DNA of 64,000 nucleotides from Schmidtea polychroa (Eukaryota). The notes under the pieces were generated by a model. It saw only the letters and a program-made list of their open reading frames with translations. It ran no database searches and was not told where the DNA came from. The position numbers were made by a program, and so were the translations under genes. This document shows positions 24,201-36,829 of the stretch, piece by piece; within the stretch, counting starts at the first letter, position 1; each line of letters starts with the position of its first letter. The DNA lies in assembly GCA_044892525.1 (NCBI GenBank), contig CM097885.1:29948001-30012000 (forward strand). Direction: 5' to 3'.

Positions 24201-25010
24201 ATCTTTTGGCTAAGATAAACATTTTTAGAAATTAAAATGTAAATAATAATTATTTAAAATTGAAAGTTCAAATATTGAATTAAAAAAAAATTTTTTTTGG
24301 CAGAATGGGTTTATTTAATTATAGTTGAATTATTTGTATTTTTTTAAAGTTAAAAATGTAAGTGTGTGTGTAAGTCATAAATATCATAAGAAAATTTAAA
24401 TGATAAAAATTAATTTATTATTAAAAATAATTGAAAATATACAAAAAACAAATCAAATTTAAAAATATCAATAAAAATATTTAGAAATAAAAGTTAAAAC
24501 AATTTTTACAAATTTAATATTTTTTTTTAAAAATGGAAGGTCAAATATCGAATTTAAAAATATTTTAATCCAAATTTAAAAAAAACATTTAATTATAATA
24601 ATAATATTGAAATTTTAGATCAAGTTGATATTAAAAAATTAGAATGTTACAATTATATTTATGAAAAATATATCTAAAATATCAAACTTTAAAGAAAATT
24701 ATATCAGAATATGATTTTAAAGATAAAAAATATATTAAAATTTCAAAAATATTTTAACAAAAAATATTGAAGTACCAACAGATTTATAATAACTCTAACA
24801 GTTATATAAATAAATTTTTTTAATTTAACTAATTCAATGAAAAAGAATTTTAAAACAATGAAAAATTCGAAATTCAGAACAATTCAGAACCTCGTCCAAA
24901 TGAAATTGGAAAAAGCCCTAAATAACTTTCCACCAGCATCCAAGATGAAAAACAACGATAACTAAATGCCAATACATAGTAAAAAAAATAATTAACAGTT
25001 TAATCAATAA
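21215..25010. repeat. AT-rich block repeat copies, truncated at the Polinton relic
   Basis: ~22570-24790 matches ~6341-8555, and a further partial copy runs to 25010. Confidence 0.9.
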
Positions 25011-25322
25011 ATATTATGTAGTCTGCAGTCAGCATGTAGCTACATCAAACTATTTATTTATTATGTAATAATTACTCTCTTTAAATGTAGTCTGCATCGA
25101 GCATGCAGCTACATCAAACTTATTTATTTAAAACTATTTAGGTAATAATTACCGTTATAAATATAATTAACAGGCAAATTTTATCCACATTACTGCCAGG
25201 CTTCAACTGGTCACTCAAAATAATGTCACAAAGTGATGAAAATATATTATGGTCGTAAATTTTATGGCATCAAGTACTATATATGCCCAATATGCGAGAC
25301 TTTCCATAGCATTAAATATTAA

Positions 25323-28300
25323 GTGTTTTACAGTATACATAAATCCCATTTAAATCAGTTCTCTTTAAATAAAAAGGATTTATTTAACAAATTGCAAAAT
25401 ACCGCAAAACCTGTAAATACTACAAAACATAAAAAACCTGTAAATAATATTATAAAACCTGCAAATAATATTACAAAACTTGTAATTAAAACTAATGTAA
25501 ATAATACAAAACATACAAAACCTGTAAATTATATTACAAAACCTATAATTAATAACGTTATTAATGTAAATAATAATATAAATAATTTAAAAAGACCTGC
25601 TGTTAGTATTGGGTCTGATGCTCCCTCTAAAATTAATAAATTAGATCAAATGACTGACAATGATGTGGTTAATAATATTCAAGTAGGCGGTTCAGTCGAT
25701 ATTGACGATGAACCTGAAATCGAAATTGAATTTAAGGGGGTTCGAAAAAATCTACGATTTAATGTAGAGAAAGATAACATGTGATATTCCTAAATTCGAG
25801 ATGAAAAATAAGGATTTAAATTTAGCAATAAATGTTTTAACTTATAGAACGACCTCAACTAAGCCTTTTGAAAATATATTTGACGATAATTATATTCCAC
25901 ATCATCCCAAATTGGATATAATTCACCGATCTAAGGTTATAGGTGGTGAACCCTTATACTTACTTTTATTGGAAGATGGTGCTAATTTTCATTACACCGC
26001 AGTTTTTAACTTACAAAGACTAATGAATTGTCGCTCTAACAGTGAATGCGGCGTTAGAATTAAAGTGAATTGGTGCCCCCATTGTCTTAACGGATTTAGA
26101 CTTAAAAATGCATTTGATATTCACGTTGCCTTATGCATTAAAAACCAGATAGGAACAACTCTATACACGCTACCTAAAGATAAAAACCTTATATTTAGTA
26201 ATTTCGCGAAAACCATAACTCCGCCATTCGTGATATATGCAGACTTTGAATCAATTTTACCGGGGGATATAATACACCATCAAAAGCATTTGCCAATAAC
26301 AGCAGGTTTATTATTAATAAATAATTATAATAACACTAGATTTTATTATGAGTTTGTTGGGGATGATTGTATCTTATCTTTCTTGCGTAAGATGGAGAAA
26401 ATTGCTATGACAATTGTCCTGCCATATTACGAAATTAATGGGAAAAACCCATGCAAACCTTGTCTTTCGCTGAAGAGCGGGCCTTTCGTGATTCGAGAAC
26501 CTGTTTTCTTTGTAAAAATATTCATTAGAAATAGAGTTAGGGATCATTGTCACTTCTTAGGTAAGTATCTTGGTGCAGCCTGTATGAAATGTAATGTTTC
26601 GCGACGAATTCAGAAACAGTTACCTGTGGTTTTTCACAATTTGAGGGGCTATGATCTTCATCATATTTTGAAGTATGGGCTAAATAATTTTCCTTCTTGG
26701 GAATTAAATATTATTCCGACCACTACCGAGAAATTCATATCCCTCATCGTGTATATTAACAAACTGTCTGTTCGTTTTATTGACAGCATGCAGTTTGTTA
26801 ATTCATCTTTAGCAAAAGCGGTTAAGACTCTTTCCGATCTGCCTTTAACTTCTGTTTTCGATGGCGCAATTGTTCGAGCCAAAGGTATCTTTCCTTATGA
26901 CTTTGCCACATCTCTTGAGGTTCTGGAATCGACTCTTGAATTGCCTCCTATTTGGGATTCTGTGTCTAATGATGAATATGCATTAGCCCAAGTTATTGGG
27001 ACTCAGCAAAACTGCAACAATATGTTAGATTACATGTTAATCTACCTTAAATTAGACGTGTTTCTCCTCGCAGACTATTTTCAACAATTCCGTGAAAAGG
27101 CCATTGCATATAATGGTCTTGAGCCTCTTAATTTCTACGGAATTCCCGGTATGTCACGGGCCTCTGCGCTTATGACATTAACGAAACCTATAGAACTTTT
27201 GGAGGACATGGAAATGTTTAATTTCTATGAAGGAGGGGTGGGTTAACATTTGTTAACAAACATTATTCTTAAATGTTGAAAGTTCTGAAGACACAGAACT
27301 CTTGTACATTGATATTAATAACTTGTATGGTTGGGCCTTAAGCCAAAATCTGCCTTATGCTGACTTTGAATGGGTGTATGATAATCTTGATTCTGTCTTG
27401 AATGAATGTATGAATGCTGATAACGATAACCTTCCATATGGTTATACTATGGAGGTTGATATTGATATCCCTGATTGTTTGCATGACTTTCTGAATGATT
27501 TTCCTCTTGCTCCTGAAAAGATGTGCCCGCCAAATTCTAAAGTTGAGAAGCTGATGCTCACGCATTGACCGAAGAAGAACCATGTTCTTCATTGGCGACT
27601 TCTCAAGTTGTATATAGAATTGGGGGCTATTATTAAAAATGTACATAGAGCAATTAAATTTAAGCATGCACCCATTTTTAAATCGTACATAGACAAAAAC
27701 ACTAATTTGAGAGCCAATTCTACATGCGAGCTGCACAGAGATCTATACAAATTATTCAATAATAGTCTGTATGGGAAATCCGTAGAAAACCTTAAAAAAC
27801 GGATGAATTTGAGGCTATGCAATTCAGCTGAAAAGAAGATTGTATATGCTTCAAAGCCGACTTTCAAGAAATCTATCAAAATTGATGATGACTTGATTGC
27901 TGCACATCTCAATAAGGATTCTATATGTTTAGACAGGCCTAGCTACATTGGCCAAACGGTGCTAGACCTGTCTAAACTGAGGATGTACCAGTTACAGTAT
28001 ATAGAATTGGCTAAATATAGAAATGAATTTAAATGTGAGATAAATATCGTTGCCGGCGATACTGACTCCTTTTTTCTTGAGGTTAGGCATTGTAAGCTTG
28101 ACACTCTTTTGCCGGCAATGATTCGTGACAATCTTTTAGACACTTCCAACTATGACCCTGCACATCCCTTATACTCTAGAAACCTTGATTCTGTGATAGG
28201 TAAATTTAAAGATGAAAGTAAAGGTCTAGGGTATAAGGAATGGGTTTTCTTAAGACCCAAGTGCTATAGTTTGTTAGGGGCTAAAGATCATTTAAAAGCA

Positions 28301-28708
28301 AAAGGAGTCAGGTTAATAGGTACAGAAATTAGGCACGATTCATATTTAGAATGCTACAATAACAACGTAGTATTTTCTGTGCCACAAAGTAGGATAGGGA
28401 CGCGGAACCATCAATTGTACACATTTAAAAACAATAAAATCGCGTTGTCAAACAACGATGACAAGCGGTTTTGGGTGGGGAAAAATTCCAGTCTCGCATT
28501 TGGTCATTATTTAGCACTATATGACATAAATGATGATCAAATATTTGAAGAAGTTGGGCCACTATTCGGAGGATTAAGTCCAGATTTTGTTTCTGATGAT
28601 GAGGAAGTGGGTCCACTTTTCAATGGTTTAAGTCCAGATTTCGATTCTGTTGATGATCCTAATGATGATGATGAAATAGATATAGATGATATTTTATTGT
28701 CAGACTAA
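25323..28708 (+). pseudogene. polB: Protein-primed PolB pseudogene
   Basis: Consecutive ORF pieces with IYADFES, RDHCH, VVFHNLRGYD, YIDINNLYG, YKLFNNSLYGKS, AGDTDS, KAKGV; several stops and frameshifts. Confidence 0.93.
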
Positions 28709-29196
28709 ACTGTGATAAATGTTAATATATCTTTTTATTTTGAAAAACGTTTCTTCTACATTGTTTTATTATCTAAAATCGTTTATTGAAAACTCGTTAT
28801 AGTTTTCACATTTCTTACAATTGTTAAACACTTGTATAAATATATTTATTAATATTGATAATGTTTTTATAAATCATGTTTAACTATTGAAAGAATTTGG
28901 TAGAAATATTTATTTGAAATGAATGTTGTAGTGAGCACACCACTACATATAAGAGTTGACAATATTTTAAAATTAAGAACTATAAACACCTGTATTAAAA
29001 CTTGTAATAGATAAAAATTTAGTTTGAATGTATATTTAAAGTATAATATTTAGAATTTCGTTGTTAAAGTTTTGCATTGATTATTTTTAGTAGTAACTTT
29101 GTGAACAGTACCCTTGTGACATGTTGAATGTGAGCAGTACCCTGGTGACCAATACCCATAGCAGGACAGAATATTTTGTCGGATAGACTAGGAGTA

Positions 29197-29335
<139 letters not shown>

Positions 29336-29550
29336 TTAAAACTTTGAAAATAACATCTTTCGCGCGGACGTTAATATCTTTCCCAATAATAATAATGATA
29401 ATAATATTTATATATCAGTAGATAGATCTCACACTGGGCTTTAAAATGAGCTATAGATCAATAAAATCTGTTGGTGGGAAAATTAAGTTTTGGGCAAACG
29501 AAAACCAGGTCACCGCTAGACCACTAATAATATTTCAATAATAATAATTT

Positions 29551-29681
29551 ATGAGTCATCGAATGAGTCATCGTTCTAAAAATAATGAGGCATCGATTAT
29601 GTAATAGTTCTAAAAATATGTGGCATCGTTCTAAAAATATGAGGCATCGTTCTAAAAATATGAGGCATCGTTCTTAAAAAT
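29551..29681. repeat. ~21-bp subterminal tandem repeat ATGAGGCATCGTTCTAAAAAT
   Basis: About five variably conserved units. Confidence 0.85.
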
Positions 29682-30381
29682 AAATTCCCCCGGGGGGGGG
29701 GGGGGTTGGAGGGGTATGTGATCCAGCGGGCTCCTGGTCTAGGCAGCCCACATCCTACTACTAAATATTATTAAATAATTCAACCTAAAACGAAAAAAAT
29801 CTCAATTTTAAAGAAATATTAACAAAAAATATTGAAAATCCAATTAATATTTCAAAGAAAAATAAAATATCTCCAGAAAATGATAAAAATAAATTTTGTA
29901 AAAAAAATATATCAAAAAGGTTTATAAAAATTTAAATTTTCAAGAAAATACACATGAAAATTTAAATACAAGAAATAACACAAAAAATTTAAAATTAATA
30001 CATGGAATTTTAAAAATAATAACAATTCAGAGGTATGCAGACGACATAGTATTATGTGATAAAAGCAAAGAAGGACTTCAGTTGTTACTTGACGTAGCAT
30101 TAACCGAGCTGAAGAAGAACGGTTTTTTTTGTATTTCTTAAGAAAATACTACAAATTTAATTATAACAAATGATTGTAATCATGATTTTTGAAGTGATTG
30201 TTTATTAAAATGGATATCAGAAAAACCAACATGACCATTGGATAGAAGAAATATAATATTATTAAAAAATGAAAATTTTGTAATACATTTCATGTCTATC
30301 TTAAGTAAATAGCTACCATGAGTGATCAGCCACCTTGTGATTGACAACAATTATAGAAAATATTGGATAGAAGAAATATAA

Positions 30382-30759
30382 TCTCTCTATATATAAAAAA
30401 GCTAAGGGTTCCCTCCATCCGAATTTTACTTTTTTTTAATTTAATTTAATTTTAATATTTTTTTTTTTATTTTTTTTTTTTATTATTTATTTATTTATTT
30501 TTTATTATTTTTTTTATTATTTTTTATTCTTTTTTATTTTTCACCAACCCCGTTAGAATTTTATCATATGGAAGTGTTCGACTAAATTCGTCAATCATGT
30601 TTAACTTAAAAAACTCTAATAACTTAGTTGTACTATGCTTACGTAACGCCTCCGCTTCGTTCCCTTCTTCAAACGTGATATGATTATCATTTTCCACATA
30701 TTATTTCCAGCATTCTAACGGGGTTGGTAAAGCGAAACGAACAGGGGCGCAGCCCCTAG
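30382..30759 (+). mobile_element. Non-autonomous Helitron-like element
   Basis: 5' A|TCTCTCTATATATAAAA, 3' hairpin AGGGGCGCAGCCCCT overlapping CTAG, no TSD; an empty-site paralog lies at ~30240-30292. Confidence 0.7.
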
Positions 30760-32465
30760 AGTTATTAAAAAAATGAAAGTTTTGTAATACATTTCATAAG
30801 ATTGACAACAACTATAGAAAATATTAAAATTCCAGATGTTTTTGACCTTTTAAGATTTTTGGCAGAATATTATTAGAATATTATTAGCCAATCCTATTGA
30901 TTTAGAATACATATTGGATTGTATCAGATTTAGAAATAGAAATTCACCATTTATTTGGATAAAAGTATTTTTGTCTCATCATTTTGTAATTCTATTACTC
31001 TTAACACATTGATGGACAGTAGAAACAAGTGATATTTGAAAATTGACACTATATGACGGCTATAGACGCAAGTGTCCGTCAACGTGTTAACAAATTCCGT
31101 TTCAGCTTCAGATTATTTAACAAAAATGTACCACATTACAAGGAAATTGATTAATTGTAATATTGATAAACAGTTTTTTGTCTATTGTTTTATAGAAGAT
31201 CAAATATATTTTAAAAACTATTTTTATATAATATTCACTAAAAAATAGTTTATACAATTCAGATTTCAAACATCTTTTTCCCAGATCTAAATTTAGAAAA
31301 CGTTGGTATCATGGATAAAGTATACCTTAACAATGAACCCTCCAGACATTAGAGGAAATGGTGTGGAAAATGGCCAAAATCCTAATTTTATGATGATACA
31401 ATTTAATCAACGAGGTAGAATTTTCTAAATATGAAAGGCAAGACTTGAAACACCAATTATAGTGCCTGCATCCTTAAAATAGCACACTTGACATCTTTAG
31501 CCTAGACATGGAAAGACCAACTCGGTCTGACCATGCATGTCTGAGATATATTGATTATATTTCAATCTTGTTCTTCTGGGAATTGGTCTCGGATTTATTA
31601 GAGATTTTTGAAGTATTAATTTGATTTGATTCTGAATTTTTCTTATTTTTTGATTGGATTAAATAAATTTTCAATTGAATTATTAAAAATTTTAAAAATC
31701 TCCTTGAAATAATTTTTAAAGTTTTTATTATTTTCTTTATGTTCTTCGAGGTTTTTTAATAAAATATCTATAACATTTGAAGATTTTTTATCATTTAAAT
31801 TGTTCTTCGATAAAGTTTTATCATTTTTGATAAAATTCGCTTTCAATTTTAAAGTTTTGTTTTCTTCGCATTCTTTTGTTGATAAAATTTTATTGTTTTC
31901 GTTACGAGTTTTGACAATTTTATGAAAATGAAATGAAAATTTATTATTTCCATCTGGAATTTTAAAATTATTGTTAAATTTAAACGTTTTTTCAATTCTC
32001 TAAAAATTTTAATTAAATTTAATTAGATTTAATTAGATTTAATTAGATTTCGGAAAATTAAATCTTTTGAAGGGTAAAGGTAAAATATATTGAAGGAATA
32101 TAAAGATTTCATTAAATGGATAATTCTTTCAATGATATTTTGCTAAATTACGCTTTGCTAAATATTATTTTTCGTTCATCTAATTGTAATTCGTAATCCA
32201 TTTGACCTACATAAAACTCTAAAAAATTAAGTGAAAAAACATTGCAAATTATGAAAATAAAAAGATTTATTTGACCTACATAAAAGTACTAGCCGTTTTA
32301 GAAAAAAAATATTTACCCCGGAGGAGGGCACTGATCCAACAGTCGCCAATCCATCTTCCTTTTTAAATACTGAAATATCTAATTTTCTAATTAATTTAAA
32401 TAATTTAATATTAAAAATTAAATTTGTTTGAAAAATCACTTTAAAAAGGACTAAAAAAATTGCCC

Positions 32466-33134
32466 ATGCCTCAACAGGAATCAGAAGAAATGGAAATGTT
32501 ATTACGTAACTTATCTGAAGTTATTGAAGAAGAAAAAAGAATAATGGATAAAATATCTATTCAAAAAGATGAAATTAAGAAAACAATAAATTCAATTGAA
32601 CAATACAAACAATGCCATTGTGAACAAAATCAAATGCTTTCTAGAGTAAAATTAATTTCTCAACCTTTTCTATTATTTATATCTAGTTTAAAGAAAACGA
32701 ATTGGACGTGAAACTAAAGAAAAGAAAAATTTTCCAAGGTAATATAAATGTTATAATATTTTTAATATTTTTAGAAATCCGAGATTTGGATGATGAAAGC
32801 AAAATTGCCAAACAAGTCGTAATTGAAGAATCAACAAGTCAATCACAATTTATTGAGATCATTGAGTATGTTTGCATATATATATTATCGATCATTGATT
32901 TGTTAAAGAAATCAGTTCGCGACAAGCCATGATTACCAATCTCAAATGGTTATTGCACACAATGATATTGCAATTGGGCAATTATCAGGCGAATCATTGG
33001 ATGAGATTATTATGTATATTTGTATATATGTGTGTATGTATTATTGATCATCAATATCACTTAGGATTGAATCGCCACCACCTAAAAGAAGAATGTTAAA
33101 TGGCTGTGAAATCATTGATTTAACCGATAGCGGG
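32466..33134 (+). CDS. Spliced host exons, coiled-coil protein of unknown identity
   Basis: MPQQESEEMEMLLRNL...; short GT-AG introns; last exon IESPPPKRRMLNGCEIIDLTDS followed by GT. Confidence 0.5.
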
Positions 33135-33928
33135 TAAATTTTATTTAATTTATTTTAATTTCTTTCAAATTTTATTATTGCAAATATTTTTTACAATTAT
33201 ATTTTACAATTATTATTTATTCTACTAATTTCATCATTTATCATAATCAACAAACTTTTTCAAGTATAAATTATTACAAAAAATGAAATTATTTTCATTT
33301 GTTTCTTTTATGTGAGTTTTATAAGTAGATGAATATGTCCCTTCCACACCACTAACCCCCCCCCCCCGATAGAAATTTTTTTTAACTCGGAATTTTATAA
33401 CTGACATAAAGATATATAGTCTATATATAGAAAATTTCCCAAATTTTAAAAAGTCCGAAAAATTATTTTACTTAAAATTTTAAAAGTCCCAAAATTAAAT
33501 TTTCTCAATTACAAAAATTCCCAAAATTTCAAAAAGAAAAATTTTAAAAAGTTACAAAAAATTAAAATCTAATTTTGTACGCTGCAAAACGGAATTTCAC
33601 GTGTACGCATATGAACCTATTGTTAATAAGGTCTTAATTGAAAACTCGAAATCCAAAAAATAATCACCAAATTTCAGCTTAGGATTGCTTAGTTCTAACT
33701 TCTATGTAATTTTGAATTCATGAAGCAGCAAATTTGAGATTAAATTCAGTCATCAAACAACAGAAAATTTTGAACAAGCATTAGTTTGTTTTCATTGCTT
33801 CAAATGTTTTGATTTATGTATATTTTTCATATTTAAAAGATCAAAAAATTCAAAAATATTGATGTTAAAAATAAATTTTTCTCTCTAATCATCAAATAAT
33901 TTAAAAATCAGTAAAATTAGAAAACATA

Positions 33929-34165
33929 CTCCCTCTATCCAAGATGATAGGTTAGTTGCATTTTAGCCTTTATCCCAAAATGATTGTCAATAGAGAATAT
34001 AAAAAGTTGAACGGTTTTGTATAACCTTTTAAAGTGAAAACACATTAAATAATTTTATTTTATTGATTGAACAAATAACTAAACTGCATTCTAAGTATCA
34101 CTGTTACGTATAAAAGAAATTACAATTTAAAGTCAAACTGGATTATCAATTTTGGACAGAGGGAG
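33929..34165. mobile_element. Tc1/mariner (Stowaway-like) MITE in the left arm
   Basis: TA|CTCCCTCTATCCAA...TTGGACAGAGGGAG|TA. Confidence 0.85.
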
Positions 34166-34344
34166 TATTTGTTTTAACTTATCAACATTTCAAATTTGGA
34201 TAATTTTGTATGATTGAATTTAATATATAGGCTGCCATCTGAAGGTATAATTTATATTGTACCATTGATCAAAATGGCCGGAGTATCAAACAATATATAG
34301 CTCAATAAGATCCTAAATGATTGTAATATTAACACTCGAATAAA

Positions 34345-35010
34345 TAAAAAAAATCATTTACATTATTTGTATTTAGAGTCTCATACAAATCTTCGTCATT
34401 AATAAACTTAATAGATTCAATAATAATCTTTATCACACGCAAGGTATTGGTTTTCATGACATGAGCAACCTTTTGAACATGTACTGAATCCTAAGTATCC
34501 AACCAGCTGTCGTAGTCAATCACCATTGCCAAAGATGCATAACATAAGTCTAATTCTTTGACAAGAATCACTTCGGGAACTGTAGTCACAATGATAACAG
34601 AAGCTACCATTTGATTCCAAAACTTTGACTAAAATTTCAAAGAAAACCTTGGTCATTCTATGGTAAGAAATGTTCCAGATTTATGGACTTCCTCACATAC
34701 TTGTGCTGCAGACTTTAGCAATATCTATCAAACATTGAAATTATCAAATAAAATATTTAATACCTGATGGATTATCTCACAAAACGGCTCACTCATTGGA
34801 TTCTGATGAACACCTTGTGATGAATTAGGTTGTATATCATAGAAAGTTTGAAAACTTTTATTTGTTCGATGAACAAAAAAAATGATACGAAACTTCAAAA
34901 TCTCCAGGTTGATTGCAATAATGTCTGTACATTTAAGACTTTTCAATGCACACAAATTAGCACGATAGTTAATATTCGTAGGGTTTATTGTATGATTTTG
35001 GTCATATATA
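34345..35010 (-). pseudogene. MTAP: Methylthioadenosine phosphorylase pseudogene fragment retaining an intron
   Basis: [64 protein letters not shown]; a GT..AG intron at ~34763-34725; in-frame stops. Confidence 0.88.
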
Positions 35011-35286
35011 TTGACGAGAACACTCGGAAACGTTTTTTGAAAATATCCAATTTGGTCAATCCGATGCAATCAATTATGTAAATCTATTCAAAATGAGTAA
35101 GTAAATATTTCGATTAAAATAATTCAATACCATACTTTAATCGAAATCATTTGTATACAAATCAATTTATGTACAGGTACATAAATACTACTTAAATTTG
35201 TTTAAATTAACCACACATCATCGAACTTTTGCCCAGGGTCTTAGTATTTTAACATCCTGACACACATTGTTGCAATCAACAATATA

Positions 35287-35640
35287 TCTGGAACATTTGT
35301 TACCATAGAATGACCAAGGTTTTCTTTGAAATTTTAGTCAAAGTTTTGGAATCAAATGGTAGCTTCTGTTATCATTGTGACTACAGTTCCCGAAGTGATT
35401 CTTGTCAAAGAATTAGACTTATGTTATGCATCTTTGGCAATGGTGATTGACTACGACAGCTGGTTGGATACTTAGGATTCAGTACATGTTCAAAAGGTTG
35501 CTCATGTCATGAAAACCAATACCTTGCGTGTGATAAAGATTATTATTGAATCTTTTAAGTTTATTAATGATGAAGATTTGTATGAGACTCTAAATACAAA
35601 TAATGTAAATGATTTTTTTTTATTTATTCGAGTGTTTATG
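35287..35640 (+). pseudogene. MTAP: Inverted duplicate of the MTAP 3' half in the right arm
   Basis: SGTFVTIE*PRFS...[28 protein letters not shown], with the same stops as the left-arm copy. Confidence 0.85.
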
Positions 35641-35801
35641 TTACAATAATTTAGGATCTTATTGAGCTATATACTGTTTGATACTCCGGCAATTTCGATC
35701 ATTGGTACAATATAAATTATACCTTCAGATGGCAGCCTATATATTAAATTCAATCATAAAAAATTATCCAAATTTGAAATGTTGATAAGTTAAAACAAAT
35801 A

Positions 35802-36032
35802 CTCCCTCTGTCCAAAAATGATAGTCCAGTTTGACTTTAAATCGTAATTTCTTTTATACGTAACAGTGATACTTAGAGTGCAGTTTAGTTATTTGTTCAA
35901 TCAATAAAATATTTAATGCGTTTTCACTTTAAAAGGTTATACAAAACCGTTCAACTTTTTATATTCTCTATTGACAATCATTTTGGGATAAAGGCTAAAA
36001 TGCAACTAACCTATCATCTTGGATAGAGGGAG
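35802..36032. mobile_element. Mirror copy of the same MITE in the right arm
   Basis: TA|CTCCCTCTGTCCAA...TTGGATAGAGGGAG|TA at the equivalent position. Confidence 0.85.
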
Positions 36033-36829
36033 TATGTTTTCTAATTTTACTGATTTTTAAATTATTTGATGATTAGAGAGAAAAATTTATTTTTAACATC
36101 AATATTTTTGAATTTTTTGATCTTTTAAATATGAAAAATATACATAAATCAAAACATTTGAAGCAATGAAAACAAACTAATGCTTGTTCAAAATTTTCTG
36201 TTGTTTGATGACTGGATTTAATCTCAAATTTTCTGCTTCATGAATTCGAAATTACATTGAAGTTAGAACTAAGCGATCCTAAGCTGAGATTTGAGGATTA
36301 TTTTTCGGATTTCGAGTTTTCAATTAAGACCTTATTAACAATAGGTTCATATGCGTACACGTGAAATTCCGTTTTGCAGCGTACAAAATTAGATTTTAAT
36401 TTTTTGTACCTTTTTAAAACTTTTCTTTGGGAAATTTTGGGACTTTTTTTTTGAGAAAAAATTTGAGAAAAATAAATTTGGGACTTTTTAAAATTTGGGA
36501 AATTTTTAAGTTGGGATTAATGAGTGGTGTGAATGTTGCATGGTGTGGAAGGGACATATCCATCTACTTTTATATGATTTTTTTTTGGTTTTGATTTGTT
36601 AAAATCTGACAAAGTAAATAATTAAGAAATTTCAAAAGATTTGAGTTTGATAATCAACATTTGATATTTTCCCCTAATTGACTTAATAAAGCACTTTTCT
36701 AATGTGTTAGGGTTATTGGCGGGTATGCAGCTTTGTTTAAGGTCAGGATAAATTCTTTGCCACCGATTAAGGTAGCATTTGCACTTCATAATTTTGCTAA
36801 TGCACATAAAAATCAATATTATATTTCCT

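Larger units (their letters stand above)
33324..36568. mobile_element. 3245-bp fold-back element with Polinton-type AGTAG ends and perfect 6-bp TSD
   Basis: TTTATA at 33318-33323 and 36569-36574; arms ~33324-34684 and ~35284-36568 are reverse complements. Confidence 0.9.

Noticed and set aside
27566..27568. TGA in PolB, and TGA at 18816-18818, as evidence of UGA=Trp genetic code or further recoding
   Set aside because: Isolated stops in copies with other lesions; TGG is used normally and ORFs terminate at TGA.
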